Shown here: positions 45,977 to 55,747 of the stretch, piece after piece
Layout of the letters: the number at the start of each line of letters is the position of its first letter
How positions within the stretch are numbered: position 1 is the first letter of the stretch
Virus record (IMG/VR): IMGVR_UViG_3300035498_002028
Source: a virus
Lineage: Duplodnaviria; Heunggongvirae; Uroviricota; Caudoviricetes
Reading direction: 5' to 3' (one strand)
Length of the DNA: 64,000 nt
Notes under the pieces: model-generated
Database searches by the model: none
What the model saw: the letters and a program-made list of their open reading frames with translations, nothing else
Told to the model about the DNA's origin: nothing
Made by a program: the position numbers and the translations under genes

Positions 45977-46059
45977 TTATAACTAAATAGGGGTATGTGT
46001 TTGCGGACACATAGAAGATGAAAACCTACTTCACGATAAGAGGAAATGCTTATCATTAT

Positions 46060-46131
46060 GCTGGCGTGGCTCAATGGTAGAGCAACTGACCTGTAATCAG
46101 TGGGTTGTGGGTTCAAGTCCCTCCGTCAGCT
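46060..46131 (+). tRNA. tRNA-Thr(UGU), C33 variant
   Basis: ACTGA-CCTGTAA-TCAGT; TTCAAGT T-loop. Confidence 0.88.
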
Positions 46132-46135
46132 TTAT

Positions 46136-46208
46136 TGGAGTATAACTCAGTTGGTAGAGTACCTGTCTGATACACAGGTTGTCAGCAGTTCAAATCTGCT
46201 TGCTCCAA
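46136..46208 (+). tRNA. tRNA-Ile(GAU)
   Basis: CCTGT-CTGATAC-ACAGG. Confidence 0.9.
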
Positions 46209-46252
46209 TTATCAATATGGCATATGTCATATAGGTTATCCCTAGACTAAAG

Positions 46253-47713
46253 TTGTATGGGAGGATATGTATGGGAAAGAAGAAAATAAAGAATGATGGG
46301 ATTTACTTTACCGGAGAATCAGCAAATGATGTGACTGGTTCACAATATGTTGTAAAATTCGGAAACTATCAATGTCTTTTAGAATGTGGACTACACCAAT
46401 CAAAAAGTAATAGTTTTCTTGATTCATATAGAATCAACTCTGCAAAGTTTAAATTTAAACCAGCAGATATAGACTTTTTATTTGTTGCACATCCGCATAT
46501 AGACCATTGTGGTCTTATTCCAAGATTGGTAAAAGAAGGTTTTCATGGGGAAATTATTACTACACAGAAAACGGCGATGATTATGAAGCCGCTTTTACTG
46601 AACTCCTGCTATATTGTTGAAGATGAAGCAAGAGTATTATCAAAACGCTATAGCAGAGAATATAAACCATTATACACTGAGGAAGATGTATATAATACAC
46701 TTGACCTGATTTGCACATATGATAATTATGATGAAATCATAGAACTCAATGAAGTTGTAAGTTTTCAATGGTTAAAGAACGCACATTGTATTGGTGCTGC
46801 TCAATTGCAGCTTATATTATCTGATGAGCGAAAAACAAAAAAGATTTTATATACTTCTGATATTGGTGCTTTGGAAACAAATAATCATTATTTAGAGAAT
46901 ACTGAGATTCCGGCAATGTTTAATGACGTTGTTATTATGGAATCTACATATGGAAGTTCTGCAAGAATAAACAAGAAAACCAGAAATTTTGACATTGAAC
47001 ATTTGCGTGTTGCTATCAACACAGTTATAGAACGCAAAGGAAGTGTCATATTGCCGTGCTTTAGTTTTAGCAGAACTCAAGAACTTTTAACAACATTATA
47101 TGATATTTTTGGTAACGATAATAATTTCAATGTACCAATTATTGTTGATTCAAAGTTGAGTTGCGAAATTTGTGATTTATATAATGAATTATTAGATGGC
47201 TCAGATTTTGAATATTGGAATAATGTGTACACATGGAAAAATGTAAAATATATATCTGAAAAGACTGATTCACAGGCTTGTCTTTCTGATAATCAACCAA
47301 AGATAATTATTTCTTCATCTGGTTTTTGTACAAATGGTAGGATTATTAACTATCTACAAAAATATTTAAAAGATGTGAATAGTATGATTATCTTCTCTGG
47401 TTATATTGGTGACAATCCTTCTTATCTATCATATCGGATAAAAAATTATCGTGACCATAAAGATATTAAAATTAACAAAGAACAGATTCCAAATAAAGCT
47501 GATTGTATTACGCTTTCTACATTTAGTAGCCATGCTGGACATAATGACTTAATTAAATATGGTAGTTCATTACTAACAAATAAATTAGTCCTAGTGCATG
47601 GCTCAGAAGAAAGCAAACTTTGTTTGGCAGACAAATTAAAAGATGCTATATCCAAAAATAATAAGACTTATAAGGTGATTCCGTCTGTAAAGGATATGGT
47701 TATACATTTGTAG
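46253..47713 (+). CDS. Metallo-beta-lactamase/beta-CASP ribonuclease
   Basis: VTGS, ECG, HPHIDHCG, AHCIGA, YTSDIG, MESTYG, FSFSRTQEL, SSHA, LVHG; start probably MGKKK. Confidence 0.92.
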   Translation: MYGRICMGKKKIKNDGIYFTGESANDVTGSQYVVKFGNYQCLLECGLHQSKSNSFLDSYRINSAKFKFKPADIDFLFVAHPHIDHCGLIPRLVKEGFHGEIITTQKTAMIMKPLLLNSCYIVEDEARVLSKRYSREYKPLYTEEDVYNTLDLICTYDNYDEIIELNEVVSFQWLKNAHCIGAAQLQLILSDERKTKKILYTSDIGALETNNHYLENTEIPAMFNDVVIMESTYGSSARINKKTRNFDIEHLRVAINTVIERKGSVILPCFSFSRTQELLTTLYDIFGNDNNFNVPIIVDSKLSCEICDLYNELLDGSDFEYWNNVYTWKNVKYISEKTDSQACLSDNQPKIIISSSGFCTNGRIINYLQKYLKDVNSMIIFSGYIGDNPSYLSYRIKNYRDHKDIKINKEQIPNKADCITLSTFSSHAGHNDLIKYGSSLLTNKLVLVHGSEESKLCLADKLKDAISKNNKTYKVIPSVKDMVIHL

Positions 47714-47726
47714 GAGGTAAAAAGAT

Positions 47727-48332
47727 ATGGAGAATGCTAAAGAAGTATTTAATTACTGCTTAGAGGACAAATATGAAATTGAAGATGATAAGTTGCGTAG
47801 AATTTATATCAATTACGGAATTGATGATGATGTAATTGATACAGCTGTCTATCAGATTTTAAAATATAACAGAATGGATAAGGGCAAACCTCGTGAAGAT
47901 AGAGAGCCAATTATTGTCTACATTAACTCACCAGGGGGAAGTGTAACTTCTGGATATGGCTTAATTGATGCTATCATGACAAGTGAAACTCCTGTATATA
48001 CTGTAAATTTAGCAGAATGTTATTCTATGGGATTTTTAATTTTCCTTGCCGGAGAAAAGCGTTTTGGAATGCCAAGCTCTACATATTTATGTCATGACGG
48101 AAGTTCTATGGCATGGGATTCTATGAGCAAGTTAAAAGATAGAATGGAATTTGAAACAGGACAGATGGAGAAACACACAAAAGAATATGTGTTATCTCGT
48201 ACAACAATTTCAAATGAGTTATATGATAATAAATATAGAACAGAATGGTATATGTATCCAGAGGAAGCAAAATCAAACGGTGTAGTTACTCATATCGTTG
48301 GAAAAGATTGCAAAATGGATGACATTTTATAA
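47727..48332 (+). CDS. clpP: ClpP-family protease subunit
   Basis: INSPGGSV..G, CYSMG (Ser), LCHD (His). Confidence 0.85.
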   Translation: MENAKEVFNYCLEDKYEIEDDKLRRIYINYGIDDDVIDTAVYQILKYNRMDKGKPREDREPIIVYINSPGGSVTSGYGLIDAIMTSETPVYTVNLAECYSMGFLIFLAGEKRFGMPSSTYLCHDGSSMAWDSMSKLKDRMEFETGQMEKHTKEYVLSRTTISNELYDNKYRTEWYMYPEEAKSNGVVTHIVGKDCKMDDIL

Positions 48333-48346
48333 CATAGTTCAATACG

Positions 48347-48378
48347 AAGTCCTGCTAGTTTTCTAGCGGGACTTTTTA
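48347..48378 (+). terminator. Intrinsic terminator
   Basis: AAGTCCTGCTAG-tttt-CTAGCGGGACTT then TTT. Confidence 0.75.
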
Positions 48379-49613
48379 TGTCACGAAAGGAAATAAGAAT
48401 GTTACAGGAATTAAAAGAAAAGATTCAAGAGTATGGCTTAACTTTAGAGCAATATGAATCATGCCTTTCTGATGCTTATGCAAAAGCCAACCATGAAATT
48501 GATTTAGATTGGCAAGAGATTGTTAATAAGTATGGTTTAGATATTCATTATGATACTCTGAGAAAAGCTACACAAACCATTTTTGGCGGCGCTTTTGTTT
48601 CAGAATATTTTAAATCTAAGTATGCAGCTGAGCATAGCGAAGATTCTTATTTACAAGAATTAAGAGAAGCCAAACAGGAATTACGAAAAGAAAAGCAAAA
48701 AATGTTCGATGAGCGTACTGAGTTAAATAGAAAACTCAGAGAACAGGCACGGACTGAAAATGATTTAACCTATATGGAAACGCTGATTAAAGAAAAAGCA
48801 TTTGAGAGTTTACCAACCATCAACTCTCCTGCTATTTCTTCTGATAACGATTTAGCGATATGCATATCTGATTTCCATTTAGGTTCTCAAAATGACAATT
48901 ATTTTGGAAAATTCGATTCTGACATTGCAGCAGAGAGATTAAATAACTATCTTGCAAGAATTTTGGAAATCCAGAAAACACATAATTCTGAAAACGCATA
49001 TGTTCTATTACTTGGGGATTTATTAAACGGTGAGATTCATTTTACCACTCAATTAGAGAATAGGGAGAATGTTACAGAACAGGTCAAAAAATGTGCAGAA
49101 TTGCTCTCAGCGTTCATTTATGAGTTAAGCAAGCACTTTAAAAATGTATATGTTAATGGTGTTGCTGGAAATCATAGTCGTACTTCTTTTAAAGACCAAG
49201 TTCTTAGAAGTAATAGATTGGATAATTTGATTCCTTGGTATATGAAGGCAGCACTACAGCATCTTGAAAATGTAAAATTTATTGATAATGAAAATTATGA
49301 TTCTACTATTGCCATGGTAAATATTCGAAATCATGAATATTGGATGGTTCATGGAGATTATGATTCATATACACAAAACGGAGTATCAAAATTAGTTATG
49401 ATGTTTGGTTTTAAACCAACTGGTATTTTTTATGGTCATCTACATAAATGCAGCTATGATGATATTTGTGGAGTAAAAATCATCCGCAGTGGTAGCTTCG
49501 CAGGAACAGGTGATGATTATTGTGTTTCTAAACGTATTTATGGAAATGCAAGTCAGATGGTCGCTGTATTGGACGATAAGGGGGTACATGCATGTTACCC
49601 TATTGATTTATAG
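48378..49613 (+). CDS. Calcineurin-like metallophosphoesterase with coiled-coil N-terminus
   Basis: SDFHLG, LGDLLNG, GNHSR, HGD, GHLH. Confidence 0.85.
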   Translation: MSRKEIRMLQELKEKIQEYGLTLEQYESCLSDAYAKANHEIDLDWQEIVNKYGLDIHYDTLRKATQTIFGGAFVSEYFKSKYAAEHSEDSYLQELREAKQELRKEKQKMFDERTELNRKLREQARTENDLTYMETLIKEKAFESLPTINSPAISSDNDLAICISDFHLGSQNDNYFGKFDSDIAAERLNNYLARILEIQKTHNSENAYVLLLGDLLNGEIHFTTQLENRENVTEQVKKCAELLSAFIYELSKHFKNVYVNGVAGNHSRTSFKDQVLRSNRLDNLIPWYMKAALQHLENVKFIDNENYDSTIAMVNIRNHEYWMVHGDYDSYTQNGVSKLVMMFGFKPTGIFYGHLHKCSYDDICGVKIIRSGSFAGTGDDYCVSKRIYGNASQMVAVLDDKGVHACYPIDL

Positions 49614-49628
49614 AAACGGAGAAAAGAA

Positions 49629-49913
49629 ATGGGAAGAAGTGAACTAATTACAAATATATCACAGAAAACGGGAATGACTAAGGCTGATTGTGAGAGGATG
49701 CTTGATGCTTTTTCTGATACAGTCAAAGAATCATTGGTAAATGGCGAGAAAATTATCATTAAAGGTTTTATGAGCATGGAAGTTGCTGAACGTGCTGAGC
49801 GCTCCGGCAGAAACCCTAAAACCGGAAAGATAGATATTTTCCCAGCAGTAAAAACAGTTAAATGTAAGATTGCCAAAGCAATAAAAGATGCAGTCAATGA
49901 AAAACAGGAGTGA
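49629..49913 (+). CDS. hup: HU/IHF-family DNA-binding protein
   Basis: ERAERSGRNPKTG...VKCK signature. Confidence 0.92.
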   Translation: MGRSELITNISQKTGMTKADCERMLDAFSDTVKESLVNGEKIIIKGFMSMEVAERAERSGRNPKTGKIDIFPAVKTVKCKIAKAIKDAVNEKQE

Positions 49914-50437
49914 TTAACATGGAGAAAATTGTATTTAAAGATTATGAAACACTTGCAGATATGATGTTTGACGTAGCAGAAGCAGGTGATACAGCATATG
50001 CAGTATGTTTTTTCGATGACGCAGCTAAACTCTTGAAAGAGTTAATGAGTTTCGATGAAACAAGTGTTGGTGGAATTAACATTATGGATGTTGATTATAA
50101 TGGGTATTCAAAAGAATATTACATATCTATTGATGGAGATTATATTATTGATGTCCAGCCAGCATATAGCAAGGAGCTTAATAATGGTAAGGGTGCATAT
50201 TTAACGTATACAGCAGAAAAGACCTTTATTGTTGGAGAAGCCAATTCGGTCATCATCAAAGGTATAGATGATGATAAATGTTATGAAATCGAATTTGATA
50301 CTGACAAACATGATGATGGTTGTGATGTATTAGATATGATTTTTGACAACGCAAAAATTATTGAAGGTGCAGATGGAGAACCTATCGGCATTGGAATTGA
50401 TGTTTTAGCACTATTAAGTGTTTTATTTGGAGAGTAG
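49910..50437 (+). CDS. Acidic hypothetical protein
   Basis: 175-aa ORF. Confidence 0.7.
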   Translation: MINMEKIVFKDYETLADMMFDVAEAGDTAYAVCFFDDAAKLLKELMSFDETSVGGINIMDVDYNGYSKEYYISIDGDYIIDVQPAYSKELNNGKGAYLTYTAEKTFIVGEANSVIIKGIDDDKCYEIEFDTDKHDDGCDVLDMIFDNAKIIEGADGEPIGIGIDVLALLSVLFGE

Positions 50438-50455
50438 TTAATACTCTCCCACTAT

Positions 50456-50528
50456 TCTCACATAGCTCAGTTGGCAGAGCAACGGTCTGTTAAACCGTGG
50501 GTCGCAAGTTCGAGCCTTGCTGTGAGAG
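50456..50528 (+). tRNA. tRNA-Asn(GUU)
   Basis: ACGGT-CTGTTAA-ACCGT. Confidence 0.92.
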
Positions 50529-50532
50529 CTAT

Positions 50533-50606
50533 TGGAGTGTGGTCTAGCTTGGTATGACGCTGCATTTGGGATGCAGAGGTCGCGGGTTCAAATCCTGTCA
50601 CTCCAA
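50533..50606 (+). tRNA. tRNA-Pro(UGG)
   Basis: CTGCA-TTTGGGA-TGCAG. Confidence 0.92.
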
Positions 50607-50613
50607 TTTTATA

Positions 50614-50685
50614 GCTGGCGGTAGGTCGGATATCTAGCTGTGGCTCATAACCATGGTAAAATTGGTTCAACTCCAATGCGTAGCA
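50614..50685 (+). tRNA. Degenerate tRNA-like element, anticodon CAU
   Basis: CTCATAA loop, ATTGG-TTCAACT-CCAAT T-arm; weak acceptor stem, short D-loop. Confidence 0.5.
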
Positions 50686-50755
50686 ATTTATCAACAAAGA
50701 TAATAATTAAATATAAATCGAATTTTAAGCCGCATTCTTTGTGGTTTATTTTTAT

Positions 50756-50826
50756 GGCGTGTTGGTCAAGTGGTAAGACATATCCCTTTCACGGATATAT
50801 CACGAGTTCGAACCTCGTACACGTCA
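50756..50826 (+). tRNA. tRNA-Glu(UUC)
   Basis: TATCC-CTTTCAC-GGATA. Confidence 0.92.
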
Positions 50827-50833
50827 CTAACTT

Positions 50834-50916
50834 GGAGAGTAAATCATTAAGGCAATGAACCCGCCCGCTAAGCGGTGTGAGCTGAAAGGCTTCTGTTTCG
50901 AGTACAGTGCTCTTCG
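50834..50916 (+). tRNA. tRNA-Ser(GCU), C33 variant
   Basis: CCGC-CCGCTAA-GCGG, variable arm AGC..GCT. Confidence 0.75.
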
Positions 50917-50922
50917 TTTTAT

Positions 50923-50994
50923 GGCTGTGTAGTTAAATGGCTATAATACCACACTGTCACTGTGGAGTTCGGAGTTCGATTCTCCGCATGGTCG
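50923..50994 (+). tRNA. tRNA-Asp(GUC)
   Basis: CCACA-CTGTCAC-TGTGG. Confidence 0.88.
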
Positions 50995-51005
50995 TTATGT
51001 ATTCA

Positions 51006-51077
51006 GTCTGCTTGGTGTAATGGACAGCATATAACACTACGAATGTTAAGATAATAGTTCGATTCTATTAGCAGATA
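51006..51077 (+). tRNA. tRNA-Arg(ACG)
   Basis: TAACA-CTACGAA-TGTTA. Confidence 0.88.
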
Positions 51078-51082
51078 TTTTT

Positions 51083-51157
51083 ATCCGTATAGCTTAATGG
51101 AATTAGAGCAACGCCCTTCTAAGACGTATTATCTCAGTTCAAATCTGAGTACGGATA
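51083..51157 (+). tRNA. tRNA-Arg(UCU)
   Basis: CTTCTAA loop; ATCCGTA/TACGGAT acceptor. Confidence 0.85.
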
Positions 51158-51162
51158 TTTTT

Positions 51163-51251
51163 GGCAGCGTACCGAAATGGTTATAACGGCGCAGACTTGA
51201 AATCTGTTGTGCCGAGAAATCGGCATATGGGTTCGAATCCTATCGCTGTCG
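51163..51251 (+). tRNA. tRNA-Ser(UGA)
   Basis: GCAGA-CTTGAAA-TCTGT, long variable arm. Confidence 0.92.
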
Positions 51252-51298
51252 CTTAATAGTTGATAATAATAAAATAGTTGAAAGAAAAGAGGTAGCTT

Positions 51299-52222
51299 AT
51301 GCCTAGAAGCAATTCAAATAATAGCGATAATGGTTATACTTGCTGCCACTGCAACGAACCATTATCAACTAAAAGTTATTACAAAAATAACAGTGATTTT
51401 TACTTTGGCATACATCATTTGCCAATTTGCAAGAACTGCCTAAACAAGATGTTCAATCTTTATGCTTTGCAATATCAAAGTACAAAGAAAGCGATGCAAC
51501 GATTATGCATGGCTTATGATTTATATTATAATGAAGCATTATTTGAATCTTGCGATGACGGTAGTGATGTAGTTGTAGGAAATTATATCAAAAAATTAAA
51601 TATGAACCAATACAAAAATAAGACCTTCGATACTTCTATTAACGAAGGTTTTTCTTTTGGAATACAGTCAGCTTCCACTAAACAACCTCAAAATTCAGAT
51701 GATGAATCTGGCGAATCTGACGAACCACAAGTTGACCCTAAGTTAGTTATGAAATGGGGAAATGGATTTTCATATTCTGATTATATGCTTTTAGAAGAGC
51801 ACTATACTCAGCTGAAAAGAAATAATCCTAATACTACTAGCAACCAGGAAATTTTTATTACTTCCCTATGTCATCTAAATATGTTAATGATGAAAGCACT
51901 CAGAGAAAGTGATTTAGATGCTTATGCAAAGGCTAATGAACAATATGGAAAAACTTTTGCAAAAGCAGGTCTTAAAACAGTCCAAGAAGTTGATATGGGT
52001 AGTGATGACTGTTGGGGAGAATGGGTTCGTAGAATTGAGGAATATACTCCGGCAGAATATTACAAGAATAAGGAATTATTCAAAGATTATGACAATGTTG
52101 GAGATTATTTCAAGAGATTTGTATTGCGTCCGCTTCGTAATCTAATGCACGGCACTACAGATAGGGATTATGAGTATTGTGTCAAGGATGGTGATGAAGA
52201 TGAATTCTCAGAACCAAACTAA
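51299..52222 (+). CDS. Zn-finger protein, putative terminase small subunit
   Basis: CCHC..CKNC N-terminus; directly precedes the large terminase. Confidence 0.55.
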   Translation: MPRSNSNNSDNGYTCCHCNEPLSTKSYYKNNSDFYFGIHHLPICKNCLNKMFNLYALQYQSTKKAMQRLCMAYDLYYNEALFESCDDGSDVVVGNYIKKLNMNQYKNKTFDTSINEGFSFGIQSASTKQPQNSDDESGESDEPQVDPKLVMKWGNGFSYSDYMLLEEHYTQLKRNNPNTTSNQEIFITSLCHLNMLMMKALRESDLDAYAKANEQYGKTFAKAGLKTVQEVDMGSDDCWGEWVRRIEEYTPAEYYKNKELFKDYDNVGDYFKRFVLRPLRNLMHGTTDRDYEYCVKDGDEDEFSEPN

Positions 52223-54032
52223 ACGCTATAAAAGCAGACATGCGGACGAAAAACAAAAGGAATTATACAAGAAATTTCCAAGCAATCATTTTTTAAGCAA
52301 TGAAAAGATTATGGATAATTTTCTTCAATGGAATACTTTCTTTAGAAGAAATTTACACAGAGTTGCAACAGATTATCTTGGTCTGAAATTACATTTATAT
52401 CAAATTTTGATACTCTACTTAATGGGAATAAGTAGATTTATAGCGATTATAGCAAGTCGTTCTGCTGCTAAATCATTCATTATTGCAATATACGCATGTT
52501 GTATTTGCATTGTAAAACCTGGTTCGAAGGTCGTACTTTCGAGTGCTACGAAAGGTCAATCTAAACTGATTATTTCAGAAAAAATTAGAAATGAGCTTAT
52601 GGCGCAATCTCCTATGCTCAGAAAAGAAATCCGTAATATAAAGGATAATCAAAATGAAGTAATTGTATTTTTCAGAAACACAAGCACTATTACTGTTGTA
52701 CCAGCAAGTGAAAACGGGCGAGGATATCGTTCAACTTGTATTATTCGAGAAGAGTTTCGTCAAATTGATAAACATATTGAGGATAGTGTATTAGCACCTT
52801 TCCAAATTATCAGAAATCCACCATATATGATGGACGTTTTTTATGGAGCAAATAAAGAGTTGCAAGAAGAATCAGTCGATGTTTATATATCATCTAGTTG
52901 GTTAGATAATGGACATTGGATGTGGAAAATTGTAGACCAGGCTTACAATGGAATGATAAATGGAGAAGATTTATGTTTACTTGCATTCGATGAGAGTATC
53001 ACTTTAAAACATCATATTAAGTCTATGACCTATATGCAAAATGAAAAGAAAAAACAAGACCCTCTAACATGGAGAATCGAGTTTTTAAATGAACGTGTAA
53101 AAGAAGATACGAGTGCGTATTTTACATATAGTATGCTTCAAAAGAATCAGCGGGTAAAGAAAGCATTTTACCCTAGAAGAAATGCAGATGCAAGGTTTAA
53201 TAAGAAAAATATCCATGATATTTCCAAACAATCCGGAGAAATCAGACTTGTTAGTTGTGATATGGCTTTTGTAGAAAACAAACGAAATGATAACTCAATC
53301 TTTTCTTGTATTCGATTATTGCCAGAATTTACAAACTTTACACGCAACGATTCAAGTGTTGTAAATGTAAGTAATGGTTATAGAAGAATTGTTCCGTATA
53401 TGGAATCAGTTCAAGGTGGAGATACCACAAAACAGGCTTTGAGAATCAGACAATTATTTGAAGATTTTCATGCCGATTATATTGTGCTTGACCTTAGAAA
53501 TGCAGGTATATCAATTTATGATATGTTGGCAAGGGTTATGTATGATGATGAGCGCGATTGTGAGTATTCTCCTTTGTCATGTATGAATGACGAAAAAATC
53601 GCAAACAGAGTTTTAGCGGATGGCGCAGAACCTTGCATATTTGTTATCAATGCTACGCCTAAATTAAATAGCGATATTGCACAAGATTTTAGACGTACAT
53701 TGGACGAGGAACGAATTGATTTACTTGTTTCTTTTGAGAAAGCAAGTGAGGAAATTTTACCTCATATTACAGACTATGTTAATGCACCAGATGCAGACAC
53801 TCAATTGTTTTACGAATCACCTTTCTTAGAGACACAAGCTCTTATAAGTGAGACAACTGGTTTGGTATATGAAAAGAATGTTCAAACAGGTGTTATTACA
53901 ATTAAAGAACGTGGTTCTAACAGGAAGGATAGATACACAAGTGTTAGTTACGGAAGTTATTTTGCTGGATTATTAGAGCAAGATTTAATTTCTGATAAAG
54001 ACGAATACGAATATGAAGTATTTGTGAATTAA
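52170..54032 (+). CDS. terL: Terminase large subunit
   Basis: ASRSAAKS Walker A, GRGYRSTCIIREEF, SCDMA, KDRYTS; start probably ~52200. Confidence 0.92.
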   Translation: MSIVSRMVMKMNSQNQTKRYKSRHADEKQKELYKKFPSNHFLSNEKIMDNFLQWNTFFRRNLHRVATDYLGLKLHLYQILILYLMGISRFIAIIASRSAAKSFIIAIYACCICIVKPGSKVVLSSATKGQSKLIISEKIRNELMAQSPMLRKEIRNIKDNQNEVIVFFRNTSTITVVPASENGRGYRSTCIIREEFRQIDKHIEDSVLAPFQIIRNPPYMMDVFYGANKELQEESVDVYISSSWLDNGHWMWKIVDQAYNGMINGEDLCLLAFDESITLKHHIKSMTYMQNEKKKQDPLTWRIEFLNERVKEDTSAYFTYSMLQKNQRVKKAFYPRRNADARFNKKNIHDISKQSGEIRLVSCDMAFVENKRNDNSIFSCIRLLPEFTNFTRNDSSVVNVSNGYRRIVPYMESVQGGDTTKQALRIRQLFEDFHADYIVLDLRNAGISIYDMLARVMYDDERDCEYSPLSCMNDEKIANRVLADGAEPCIFVINATPKLNSDIAQDFRRTLDEERIDLLVSFEKASEEILPHITDYVNAPDADTQLFYESPFLETQALISETTGLVYEKNVQTGVITIKERGSNRKDRYTSVSYGSYFAGLLEQDLISDKDEYEYEVFVN

Positions 54033-54043
54033 GGAGGACAAAA

Positions 54044-55693
54044 ATGGCAGGAAATAATTTCCACACTTCTCCTACTCAAAAAAAGAGAAGCAGTTCTCCT
54101 AATAAGAATGTAGGTGAAGCTAATAAGGCTCCGACAAATGAATTTTGTTCATATAACAGTTCTACTACCCTATCCACTTATTATTTTGGTCTTAATATAT
54201 TTGATTATTACACATCAGAACAATTGGCTTCTCTGGTAAAAGACCCAATCGGTAATAATGAGATTTTGAGAAAAATTTCATTGATGTTATATAGCGCGAA
54301 CGGTGTTTATACAAATACTGTTGATTATATGACAGCTATGCCAACATTGGATAAGGTTATTGTAACTCATGGTCAGAGCAAACGTAAAAAGCAAGCCAAT
54401 AAAGAAAAAATGATATCCGCTCTTCATACCATAAAGCATAAGGAAATCGTTAGAGATGCCTTATTTAAAGGTATGATTGAAGGTATTGCATTTTACTATT
54501 TTGAAACAACTACTCGTCCATTGTCAAAACAGAAAACAATGACTGATTATGATGTGGAAAGTATTGTTGAGATAAATGAACTTGGAATCAATGCAAGTGT
54601 TATTTCTTTACCTGTAGATTACACAAGAATTGTTGGTATTAAAAATTCATCATATGTAATTGCATTTAATTTGGATTATTTTGATGATTGTACCGGAGAA
54701 ACACTTGAAAAGAAACTAAGAAAATATCCAAAAGAAATAAGGGACGCGTATCATAATAGAGTTGATACTGCGAGTAATGATGGAAATTGGGTTGTTCTTG
54801 ATAATACAAAAACCATTGTTCATAAGATTCGTAGTAAGCGGGATGAAAAATGGGGCAGACCATTAGTTCTCGCTGCTATTAGTGATATTCTATATGGAGA
54901 TTATTTCACAGATACAAAACGCAATGTATTAGATGAAATTAACAATAGGATTATCTATCAAACATTTCCAGAGGGAAAAGAAAAAGGCACTTCTGCCCTA
55001 ACCAAAAATCAGCAACAAAGTCAACATGACGCAGTAAAAAGCGCAGTTATGAATAAAAATAATCGTGGCGGTATATCATTTTTCTCTGTTGCAGCTGGTA
55101 CGAAAATCAATAGTATCAATGCTGACAACACAGATATATTTGATGATAAATATGAATCTAATCTTGATGACAAAGTTGCACTTGATATGGGTATTGCAGC
55201 AAGTCTGTTAAATGGTACTGGTTCTGGAAATTATTCTTCTCAAGAAAATAATCTTGACCTATTAAGTTCACAGTTATTTCAATGGATTGAACAAATTGAA
55301 AGTGAATTGAATAAGTGCATCTCTGCAAACATCATTCAAGATTCACGAAATTGGGTGGAATGCAAATACTTACCAATTACTAATGTAAACAAGACGAAAA
55401 TGGTAGGTTATGCAAAAGATTTGTATTTGCAAGGCAAAGGCAGTCTTTCACTGTGGGCTAGTGCATGTGGTATTTCTCCGGAAGTATTCTTTGCATTACT
55501 AGACCAAGAGCTTGAAGAGGATATAGAAAATAAATATCCAGTACATCAAACTTCATATACTCTATCATCTAATCAAAGTGGTGATGAAGGTGGTAGACCA
55601 ATTGAAGAGGATTCAACGAATCCAAGCACTCTACAAACTAGAGCTAATGGAAGCAATAATACACCAAAGCCTAGTGTAGATAATGGTAATTAG
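54044..55693 (+). CDS. Portal protein
   Basis: 549 aa after terminase; RSKRDEKWGRPL; SPbeta-like synteny. Confidence 0.8.
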   Translation: MAGNNFHTSPTQKKRSSSPNKNVGEANKAPTNEFCSYNSSTTLSTYYFGLNIFDYYTSEQLASLVKDPIGNNEILRKISLMLYSANGVYTNTVDYMTAMPTLDKVIVTHGQSKRKKQANKEKMISALHTIKHKEIVRDALFKGMIEGIAFYYFETTTRPLSKQKTMTDYDVESIVEINELGINASVISLPVDYTRIVGIKNSSYVIAFNLDYFDDCTGETLEKKLRKYPKEIRDAYHNRVDTASNDGNWVVLDNTKTIVHKIRSKRDEKWGRPLVLAAISDILYGDYFTDTKRNVLDEINNRIIYQTFPEGKEKGTSALTKNQQQSQHDAVKSAVMNKNNRGGISFFSVAAGTKINSINADNTDIFDDKYESNLDDKVALDMGIAASLLNGTGSGNYSSQENNLDLLSSQLFQWIEQIESELNKCISANIIQDSRNWVECKYLPITNVNKTKMVGYAKDLYLQGKGSLSLWASACGISPEVFFALLDQELEEDIENKYPVHQTSYTLSSNQSGDEGGRPIEEDSTNPSTLQTRANGSNNTPKPSVDNGN

Positions 55694-55719
55694 AGAGTAC
55701 ACAATACTACTCTCTTTTT
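55692..55719 (+). terminator. Intrinsic terminator
   Basis: AGAGAGTA-N8-TACTCTCT then T-tract. Confidence 0.6.
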
Positions 55720-55747
55720 ATATATCACGAAAAGGTGGTGAAAATGT

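Noticed and set aside
45977-46252. HDV-like (theta) ribozymes beside tRNAs
   Set aside because: Small hairpins exist (~45995-46014, ~46035-46054) but I could not build the nested double pseudoknot.
40830-54032. Inteins or introns in the RNAP or terminase
   Set aside because: Lengths are ordinary; no LAGLIDADG/HNH insert or C...HN splice motifs seen.
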